DNA from: a virus
Lineage: Duplodnaviria; Caudoviricetes
Direction: 5' to 3' (one strand)
Length of the DNA stretch: 64,000 bases
IMG/VR virus record: IMGVR_UViG_3300032030_002802
Location: 1-64,000 of that record
Of this stretch, positions 36,870 through 44,182 are shown piece after piece; the first letter of the stretch is position 1, and each line of letters starts with the position of its first letter. Made by a program: the position numbers and the translations under genes. The notes below the pieces were generated by a model that had not been told where the DNA came from, did no database searches, and saw nothing but the letters and a program-made list of their open reading frames with translations.

Positions 36870-37646
36870 TGTCGTGGGTTCCCGGTCCTGTTCATTCCGC
36901 CGTTCGTCAGATTCTGACGGCAGGTCGCCGCTTTGGTGGGCGCGGCCCTGGGGGAGCTCCGCAGCGCAGGTCACGGAGCGGAGGTGCTCCTCCTCGGGCC
37001 GCGCAGGGCGGCTGCCTGCCGGCTGATGGAATGCCGGTCATCCCTTTTGTTGTAGTTGTCTGGCTTCCGCGCTGTTGTTCTGTCTGTGTCGCAGATGGAG
37101 GATCAGCGAAGCGATGCCACGCCTCCTGAAGTCCCACGGAGGTGAGGCATCGCTGCCTGATCCGAATGCGGCGTGCGCGTACTGCCTTTTCCTGGTCGTG
37201 TTCGGCAGGCTCGGGCGGCTGTCTTTTCGCGGTTGGTCAGATCGCAAGGCAGGCTGAGGCTGAGCGGCGGTCGTAGCTAAACGATTTCGCGGCTCGCCGA
37301 GGCCTGCCTGGGGTGCATTCTCCGCCGCACGCCCGCCTCGGCTTTGTGCGCTTCTTTCGGGTTCCGCACCAGTGTCCTCTCGGTTAGGCAGATCGCGTCG
37401 TCGGCAGATCCAGAAGCCTCCGAGGTCGTCGGATGGCCTCTGGATCGCAGGGCGACGCACTGGATGGGTGCGTCTTCCCGGCGGCTTGGGCGCCTGTGTG
37501 TCGTTGATCCGCTAGATCGTCTGTCTTCTGAGTCGGTTCTCGAGACCTGCGGTCGCAGGTCGTGCGCGCGAATCGAGGAAGAAATACGGACGTGGAGCCA
37601 GCGCCTCATGCCGCGTCGCGCGCCGTCACGTCGTCACGCCGCCGCG
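36870..37646 (-). ncRNA. RT-associated hairpin array 5 (5 units)
   Basis: YAGAT at 36908, 37092, 37238, 37389, 37513, each followed by a hairpin. Confidence 0.85.
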
Positions 37647-38306
37647 TCACCTGTGCAGGTCCATCACCACGTCGCCGGTCCCGAAGGCGCACTTGAACCC
37701 GCATCTCGGGCAGTCGCCGATGCACTTCGTCGCGTCCTTGGGCACGCGCCTGTCGGACCCGTCCTGCACCCAGCAGTTCCGCTTCACGTTCCTCTGGCGG
37801 GGCGGTGGCATGCGCGGCCACTGCGAGCGGAGCACGCGCAGGTTGTCCGGCAGCGAGGCGTGGTCGAGCCCGTCCATCTTCGAGTAGCCGTAGAACACGG
37901 TGCCGGGGTGGTCGCCGGCTATCCGCCTCCACATGTCCAGGTACTCCCGCGAGTAGAAGTCCCCAGCGACGTGGAGCCGCATCACCCGCGGCAGCGCCAT
38001 GTACAGGAACTTCCGGATGAGCAGCTCGGCGAGCGTCGGGTAGTTCTCCAGCATCCACAGGTTGTGGGTCCACATGTCCCACACGTTCGGGAACATGTCG
38101 CGTATCCGGTTGTTGTAGCAGCTCTTCGCGCAGTACCCGCGCAGCCTGGGGTTGCACGTCTTGACGTGGGGGATGCTCCACGACGGTATGTAGCCGATCT
38201 TGCGGTTGCCGGTGCCGATAGAGACGTACAGCTCGGGGCTGGCCGTGCCGACGATCTCTACGCCTTCCGCCCCGTCCACGTCCTCCGGGTCGATCCCCAC
38301 CTTCAT
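37647..38306 (-). CDS. GP88-like (radical-SAM-like) phage protein
   Basis: GNRKIG..KTC..CAKSCY..RLHVAGDFY..FYGYSK..CIGDCPRC. Confidence 0.75.
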   Translation of the reverse strand: MKVGIDPEDVDGAEGVEIVGTASPELYVSIGTGNRKIGYIPSWSIPHVKTCNPRLRGYCAKSCYNNRIRDMFPNVWDMWTHNLWMLENYPTLAELLIRKFLYMALPRVMRLHVAGDFYSREYLDMWRRIAGDHPGTVFYGYSKMDGLDHASLPDNLRVLRSQWPRMPPPRQRNVKRNCWVQDGSDRRVPKDATKCIGDCPRCGFKCAFGTGDVVMDLHR

Positions 38307-38605
38307 GCCAGCACCTCCTTCCAGGTGTCCGTCACGTCGATGGTCCGCACGGTCTTGTACCGCTTCTCGTTCTCCCTGCGCGCCTTCAGCGTCTCCTGCC
38401 ACTCGTCGTCGCCGATCCCGTAGTATTCCTGCTCCTCGCCGAGGACGTCGAGCGCCGCGTCGAACAGGACGCAGTCCATGTAGGAGATCGCCTCCCCCCG
38501 CGCGCTCATGTCGACGAACCTCTTCTTGACCTGCCCGGCGGCCTCCCTGGACATCGTGTACTTGACCAGCGTGTCCATGGTCTCGATGTTCGACCCCGCG
38601 GTCAT
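38303..38605 (-). CDS. Hypothetical protein
   Basis: Coupled ORF. Confidence 0.65.
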   Translation of the reverse strand: MTAGSNIETMDTLVKYTMSREAAGQVKKRFVDMSARGEAISYMDCVLFDAALDVLGEEQEYYGIGDDEWQETLKARRENEKRYKTVRTIDVTDTWKEVLA

Positions 38606-38808
38606 CCGAACAGCTCCATCTGCACCAGCTTTGGGCGTTTCGCCGCTTCTTTGGCCAGCGTGGCCAGCGACTTGCCCGTCAGGGCCTTCAGCTGGGTGTC
38701 TATGGCCGCTCGGACGAAGTCGTCGATGGTCGAGCTGAACTGCACCCTGGCCGCGTGCTTGATGACCGTGTGCTCGACCATGGTGACCGCCGCACGCACG
38801 GTCGTCAT
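38602..38808 (-). CDS. Small ribbon-helix-helix-like protein
   Basis: IKHAAR..TIDDFVRAAI. Confidence 0.45.
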   Translation of the reverse strand: MTTVRAAVTMVEHTVIKHAARVQFSSTIDDFVRAAIDTQLKALTGKSLATLAKEAAKRPKLVQMELFG

Positions 38809-38831
38809 GGGTTCTTTGCCTTCGGGTTCGC

Positions 38832-39455
38832 TCACAGCCTGTCCTCCAGCTCGATTACCTCGTACACGGTCCTGCCGCGCTTGTTCCTCTCGGCGGCGAT
38901 CTTGCACGCCTCGTCCTTGCGCTCCAGCAGCATGGCCTCGAACGGCGGCGAGTCCGTCACCGGCTTGCCTCCCACCAGCTTCAGGCCGACCTTGGGATAG
39001 GTCCTGCCGCAGAGGCCCGCGGGGCCGAGCCAGCCGACGGCGCGTCCGGACGGCGCTACGACGCGTATCGCGTAGCGCGTGACGTCCTTGGCCGTCACCG
39101 GGACCCGCTTGCCGTACACGACCTCGCCGGTCCGCACGTACACCCTGCCGTTCACGACCTCGATCTTCTCGAAGTCGTCGTCGTCCTCGCCGGACCGGTA
39201 TATCTCGCCGCTGAGCTTGATCCCCCGGGTCGACAGCAGCCGCTGGACGCGGAATGTGTCCTTGACGATGTCGTACCCGTGCATGTTGTAGCTGTCCGGC
39301 ACCACGTCGCCAACCTCGCCGCCGCAGTCCGCCGCATCGTCGCTGAGCGACGCGAGGACCCGCAGGTCGCACATGCCGTTTATGCGGTCGACGAGCTCCT
39401 GGGGTATCGGCTTGCTCGGGCTGAGCGAGCCCGAGAACGTTGAATTGTATCCCAT
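38832..39455 (-). CDS. Hypothetical phage protein
   Basis: MGYNSTFSG..., AGGAG RBS. Confidence 0.7.
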   Translation of the reverse strand: MGYNSTFSGSLSPSKPIPQELVDRINGMCDLRVLASLSDDAADCGGEVGDVVPDSYNMHGYDIVKDTFRVQRLLSTRGIKLSGEIYRSGEDDDDFEKIEVVNGRVYVRTGEVVYGKRVPVTAKDVTRYAIRVVAPSGRAVGWLGPAGLCGRTYPKVGLKLVGGKPVTDSPPFEAMLLERKDEACKIAAERNKRGRTVYEVIELEDRL

Positions 39456-39464
39456 GTCGTCTCC

Positions 39465-39869
39465 TTAGAACGGGATGTCCTCCGGGTCGCCGGTCGCGAT
39501 GTTGGCGTCGGGCGGGTCTTCATGCGGGTCGGCTTCCTGCGGCTCGTTCCCGGCCCGTGGCGCCATGACGGCCCTGATGGCCGACATCGAGAGCACCCAC
39601 CGGCCGTTGCCGTTCCTGTCGGTGTACTTGTGCGACGTCAGCCGCGCGGTGCACGTGACGTGTCTTCCGAGGTCCAGCTGCTGGTCGAGGTCCGTCGCGT
39701 CGGTGCCGAACATCGTCATCGGCACGAACGCCTGCGCCCCGGCTTCGTCCTTCACGGACAGCACGACGTTGCGGAAGTACCCGTTGCCGTTCTTGTACGG
39801 CACCAGTTCGCCGATCTCCGCGATGTCGCCGGCCATCGGCGTCTCGGATATCCTGTACCTGTCGCTCAT
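39465..39869 (-). CDS. ssb: Single-stranded DNA-binding protein (OB fold)
   Basis: OB-like core; acidic tail ending EDIPF. Confidence 0.75.
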   Translation of the reverse strand: MSDRYRISETPMAGDIAEIGELVPYKNGNGYFRNVVLSVKDEAGAQAFVPMTMFGTDATDLDQQLDLGRHVTCTARLTSHKYTDRNGNGRWVLSMSAIRAVMAPRAGNEPQEADPHEDPPDANIATGDPEDIPF

Positions 39870-40249
39870 GGCCTGGTGTCCCCGTCGAATACCGGCTTGC
39901 CGTCGGACGCGACGTCGATGCCCCGCAGGCACTCCTTCGGCGGCATGAGCGACTTCGCGTTCTCGCGCTCCTTCTCGTCGGGGTCGGACTCCATCGTCGC
40001 GACGGCCTCGACGTATTCGACGAGGGGCTCGAACGGGATGTCGTACCCCGGCTTGTACTGGAAGTTAACCCGGTGCTGCCGGATCACCTTGGACAGCATG
40101 GGGCATGCGCCCCAGGCCTCAGCCGCCGCCTGGTCCATGTGGCCGTACAGCAGGAACTTGTACGAGGGGTACCCGTTGCGGATCTCCTCCTCGAGGACGG
40201 CCGCGGCGCCGAGGTGTTTCAGGACGCAGCCTAAGCATGGTTTTCTCAT
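39866..40249 (-). CDS. Hypothetical protein
   Basis: MRKPCLGCVLKHL, RBS. Confidence 0.65.
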   Translation of the reverse strand: MRKPCLGCVLKHLGAAAVLEEEIRNGYPSYKFLLYGHMDQAAAEAWGACPMLSKVIRQHRVNFQYKPGYDIPFEPLVEYVEAVATMESDPDEKERENAKSLMPPKECLRGIDVASDGKPVFDGDTRP

Positions 40250-40815
40250 TCTTGTTCTCCTTGTGTTTTCTGTCTTGGCGCCAGGTAGTGCCGCAGGGTC
40301 TGTATCGGGTGCAGGGCCGACACCGGCACCGCGGCTATCTCGACCCGCGTGGCCACGCTTGTCGCGGCCCGCGCGTACTTCACGGCCTCTTCGCCGATGG
40401 CCCAGCCGGCCAGCTTCACGTTGAGCCCGCCCCTCGACTCGCGGGCGTGCTCGTGCTTGCTCACGAAGGCGCACACGAGCACGTGCCGCACGACGCCGGG
40501 CGGCACGGCCAGCGACGTCAGCGGGACGAGCATGTGCTTCGTCGACGGGTCTCCGGCGACAGTGGACACCATCACGGACAAGGCGATGCGCCCGCGGGCG
40601 GTGTCCACGATGTAGGGGGTCGTGCGCCTCGCGTGCACGGCCAGATGCCCGCTCCGGCACAGCTTCTCCAGGATCGCTGCGCCCATCACGGCGAACCGCC
40701 TGGAGTTCTCTGTCCTCGCGAACCTGGGCGGCGCTACGCCACGTGCGGCGTCCACGTCGGATTTCGGGACGCGAATGCTCTTGATGGGCCCCGGAAGGTT
40801 CGCGCGCGGGGTCAT
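40246..40815 (-). CDS. Hypothetical protein
   Basis: MTPRANL..., coupled. Confidence 0.6.
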   Translation of the reverse strand: MTPRANLPGPIKSIRVPKSDVDAARGVAPPRFARTENSRRFAVMGAAILEKLCRSGHLAVHARRTTPYIVDTARGRIALSVMVSTVAGDPSTKHMLVPLTSLAVPPGVVRHVLVCAFVSKHEHARESRGGLNVKLAGWAIGEEAVKYARAATSVATRVEIAAVPVSALHPIQTLRHYLAPRQKTQGEQE

Positions 40816-41165
40816 CCGAGCACCTCCCTGCCCTCGGGGAGCAGCGTGTACTCGACTCCGCGCGTTCCGGGCCTCGCCGCGAGCACCCCCATCTTGCAGA
40901 GGCGGTTGACCGGGCGCCGGGCTCTCACCATTATCGACATCCTCCCACTCCTCGTCTGCTGCCTCGGCGGGCCGTACAGGGCCGCGCCCAGCTGTTCGCA
41001 CGTGTACCACCCGGACTCCAGCACTTTGGCCGCGCGCCTCAGCAGGTCCATGCTCGCGCTGTCGGCCATCGGGCGGCGGGCACGCTTGTCGCGCCTGACC
41101 GCCGCCGGGCATCCGGCGCGCCCGGGGCAGTCGGCGCACAGGGTCTTCCGGCGGCACCGCCTCAT
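40812..41165 (-). CDS. Hypothetical protein (Cys motif, possible wHTH)
   Basis: CADC; coupled. Confidence 0.5.
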   Translation of the reverse strand: MRRCRRKTLCADCPGRAGCPAAVRRDKRARRPMADSASMDLLRRAAKVLESGWYTCEQLGAALYGPPRQQTRSGRMSIMVRARRPVNRLCKMGVLAARPGTRGVEYTLLPEGREVLG

Positions 41166-41572
41166 TTCTTCCCCGGCACCAGTTCGGACGCCGGCGAGAG
41201 CGGCTGCTCGTTCCACAGTATGGTGGTCGACCGTGTCCCGGCCTCGACCAGCGTCGCCTGCCTCTGGTTGACCGTGACGGTGAACACCGTTCCGGGCTGG
41301 ACGTCGAACACGGCCTTCCATACGGCGAGTATGTAGTTCTCGTGCAGCGCGCGCGGGAGCCCGGGGTACTCCTTCACCATGGCGAGGGCCATTTCGTCCG
41401 CGTCCGCGCCCGTCTCGGCCACCTCCGCCTTCTCGGCCAGCTTGAACCCCGGCACGGTCAGGAACGCCCCGGAGGACTGGCTCGGAAAGCAAGGGACGAC
41501 GGGCTCGCGCCGCGTCGTCCACTCGCTGTCCGCTGTAGTCCGCTCCTTTGGTATGGAGACGAGGAACTTCAT
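41162..41572 (-). CDS. Hypothetical protein
   Basis: MKFLVS..., coupled. Confidence 0.6.
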   Translation of the reverse strand: MKFLVSIPKERTTADSEWTTRREPVVPCFPSQSSGAFLTVPGFKLAEKAEVAETGADADEMALAMVKEYPGLPRALHENYILAVWKAVFDVQPGTVFTVTVNQRQATLVEAGTRSTTILWNEQPLSPASELVPGKK

Positions 41573-42138
41573 CCGAGGGCCTTCACCTGCTCTTCCGTGG
41601 GCGCCACGATCCCGCCCTTGGGCTGGTTGCGTCCCGGGACGCTGATCTTGGTCTTGGCGAGGAACTCGTCGACGTTGGCGTCGCAGCAGTTCACGAGCGA
41701 CACGGCCTGGGCCTGGGTGCAGTCCACGGTGGTGGATACGAACCCGAATCCGGAGTCGCGCCCCTCCGCGTCGACGTACACCGCCTCGACGCTGATCGCG
41801 CGGAGGTTGCTGTGGTCGGCGAGGAACTGCACGAGCTGCTGGACGTGCGTCCCGATCTGCCCCGGCGGTACGGTTGACGCCGTGAGCGCTTCTACGGCCT
41901 GAGCCTTGGGGGCGTCGAGCAGGACGCGCGGGTGTTCGGCGTCCTCTCCGGGGGCGGTGACGCGGACGGCCGCCGCGTCGTCGAGCTTCTTCACGCACTC
42001 CAGGATCGACGGGGTGTGGAAACGGATCTCCTCCGTCTTCTTCTCGCCGTTGAGCGTGACCTCTAGGGCCACGTTACGGTTCGGGGCCGGGGCTTTCTGG
42101 GTCTCCGGCGTCTCGGGTGTGTTGTCTGGCTTTTCCAT
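41569..42138 (-). CDS. Hypothetical protein
   Basis: AGGAG RBS. Confidence 0.7.
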   Translation of the reverse strand: MEKPDNTPETPETQKAPAPNRNVALEVTLNGEKKTEEIRFHTPSILECVKKLDDAAAVRVTAPGEDAEHPRVLLDAPKAQAVEALTASTVPPGQIGTHVQQLVQFLADHSNLRAISVEAVYVDAEGRDSGFGFVSTTVDCTQAQAVSLVNCCDANVDEFLAKTKISVPGRNQPKGGIVAPTEEQVKALG

Positions 42139-42149
42139 TTCGGTTCTCC

Positions 42150-42878
42150 TTATTTCTGCAGGGCGTACCGTTTTCCGATGGTTGCGGCTTCGCTTTTCAC
42201 GGTATCGGCCATGAACATGTGCGTTGCTAGTTGCTGGGCGCGTATTTCCAGGGCGTCCATGTTCCGAGTCACGTCTTCCTTGTCGAAGAGTGTGGTTAGT
42301 GGCGCGTCGCGGTCGACGGCCATGTCATTCCCGGCTTTTGCGTCAGCCTCTGCGGCAGCCCGGGCCACGGCGCTGATCTGCTCCCTGGCCTCGGACATGT
42401 GCTTCAGCATGTACGCCAGTTGGTTTTCCTGCATCCTCGCCCGGTTCCTCGTGCTCATGTCTTGGCTGCGTTTCTCTGCCTCCTGGCTGGTGAGCGCTCG
42501 TTTTCCCCGCTCCTTGTCCTCCCGCGTCATTTCCTCCGCTAGCGTTTTTTGCCGCTTCTGGGCCTCAGCAAGCCGTGTCCGCAGCTTAATCGTGGCGTTT
42601 GCCTCCACCGCCGCCTTGATGGTGTTGATTGTCTCTACCTCGGCTTTGGCGCTCTCGCCGTTCGTGAATACGGTGTTTGCGATACCCATCTGTGTAGACA
42701 GGTTCCTAAGCAATGCCGGAACGAATCCGTGGCCGACATCCGTAAGCGGTTTCACCGTTACGACCGTCTGTCCGTCTGCACTGGTTTTCGCGCTGATCGT
42801 GAAGTCACGTCCCTCGGTGGGCATGGTGTTCGCGACTATGGTGTAGAGCTTCTGCGCGTCTAGCGTCTGTATGGCCAT
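42150..42878 (-). CDS. Coiled-coil hypothetical protein
   Basis: MAIQTLD..., AGGAG RBS. Confidence 0.7.
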   Translation of the reverse strand: MAIQTLDAQKLYTIVANTMPTEGRDFTISAKTSADGQTVVTVKPLTDVGHGFVPALLRNLSTQMGIANTVFTNGESAKAEVETINTIKAAVEANATIKLRTRLAEAQKRQKTLAEEMTREDKERGKRALTSQEAEKRSQDMSTRNRARMQENQLAYMLKHMSEAREQISAVARAAAEADAKAGNDMAVDRDAPLTTLFDKEDVTRNMDALEIRAQQLATHMFMADTVKSEAATIGKRYALQK

Positions 42879-42879
42879 A

Positions 42880-43389
42880 CTAGTTCTCCTTCTCTGTTGT
42901 TCCGCCGGCTTGGTTATTCGGCGACTTTTGGCGTTCCTGTTGTCCGGGCTGCTCGGCGTGAGCGGTCTCGGGTTGCTTGGATTCATTCTCCTCGGCGGGC
43001 TGCGGATCGAGTCCGTCGCCGCCTGAAGCCGGTGCGGGGGCCGTCGGTCCCGGCGGAGGGGCCCACAGCGAGGCCATCGCCTGAGCGTCCTCCTTCGTGA
43101 TCCCGAGCTGCAGGCCGTCGAAGCCTATGGCCGCAAGGTAGTCGAGGAGGGCCTTCCCGACCGCGTGCTGCCCGGCGATGACGGTCTCGGGCACGCCCGG
43201 TATGTCCACGGGGGTAGTCACGTCCTTGTCGTACGGATGGTCGAACACGCCTCTCTTGTGTATACGGCGCAGCCCGGCTATCGAGTGGACGCTCATCAGC
43301 CCGGCCACGTGCCTGAGGGCCGCGTTGGCGAGTGCCCTGAGCTCGGGGTACTCGTCGAAGTCAGCCGCCAGTTGCGGTGTCAGTGTCAT
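42880..43389 (-). CDS. Hypothetical protein
   Basis: 169 aa, AGGAG RBS. Confidence 0.65.
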   Translation of the reverse strand: MTLTPQLAADFDEYPELRALANAALRHVAGLMSVHSIAGLRRIHKRGVFDHPYDKDVTTPVDIPGVPETVIAGQHAVGKALLDYLAAIGFDGLQLGITKEDAQAMASLWAPPPGPTAPAPASGGDGLDPQPAEENESKQPETAHAEQPGQQERQKSPNNQAGGTTEKEN

Positions 43390-44182
43390 CTTGCTCAGTC
43401 TCCTTCTTTGTTGTTTTGTCGGGAAGGTCTTCGGTGACCTTGTCCTTGTACCTGCTGTACAGTTCGGTCAGCCACTCCGCCGTGAGCGGCACCTTCTCGT
43501 GCGTCGTCGCGTGCTCCAGGTACATGCCAGCCTTGGCCAGGTCGGCTATCCGGTCGGTGAGCTTGCCCATCCCGTCGGCGCATGCCATCAGCGTGAACGC
43601 CGACACCAGGTGGGTAAGCCCGTTGTAGGTATCCTTGTCGTCCTTGAGCCGCCAGTAGAACGTCCCGTCCGGTTTCGGCCCGGTGCCGAACAGCCAGTCG
43701 AGGCGCTCCGGGAGGCCGTCCCCCGCATAGGGCCACTCCCGCCGCCCGTCGTCTTCCGCCTTCGTCTCGGCGAAGGGGTCGGTCCCGACAGGTGCGCGCA
43801 GCGTGGCCTCGATGCGTGCAAGCGTCTCGCGGTTGTTCAGGTTCACCTCGTCGTTCCTGTGGGCCAGGACGTACACCAGCCTGCCGGGGTGGTTCCTGCG
43901 GAGCCAGTCGGCGAACCAGAGTCCGCCCTTGTGGGCGGAGTCCTTGCCGAACTTGTGGTGGCTCGGGCACAGCAGTATCCCGTTCATCGTGTCGTACCGC
44001 AGCGCGCGGCACGTGTTGCGGTTCTCGAGGTGGTGGGCGTTCGGCGTGCTGCCGCTTCCGCAGACCGCGCACTTGTGCCCCCACTCCTCAGCCACCTTTG
44101 CCGTCCACAGGCGCATCAGGCGCCTTCGGATCCTGGCAAGCGGCTCCAGCTTCTTCCGTTTCTTCTTCTGTTTTCTGCTCAT
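43361..44182 (-). CDS. HNH endonuclease-domain protein
   Basis: CAVCG..AHHL..NGILLCPSHH. Confidence 0.8.
   Translation of the reverse strand: MSRKQKKKRKKLEPLARIRRRLMRLWTAKVAEEWGHKCAVCGSGSTPNAHHLENRNTCRALRYDTMNGILLCPSHHKFGKDSAHKGGLWFADWLRRNHPGRLVYVLAHRNDEVNLNNRETLARIEATLRAPVGTDPFAETKAEDDGRREWPYAGDGLPERLDWLFGTGPKPDGTFYWRLKDDKDTYNGLTHLVSAFTLMACADGMGKLTDRIADLAKAGMYLEHATTHEKVPLTAEWLTELYSRYKDKVTEDLPDKTTKKETEQDDTDTATGG

Noticed and set aside
29219-37592. Array hairpins as terminators, REPs or attC sites
   Set aside because: No U-tracts, no shared hairpin sequence, no RYYYAAC/GTTRRRY ends and no genes between most units.
29150-37646. CRISPR array
   Set aside because: No identical direct repeats, units are ~145 bp, and no cas genes are present.
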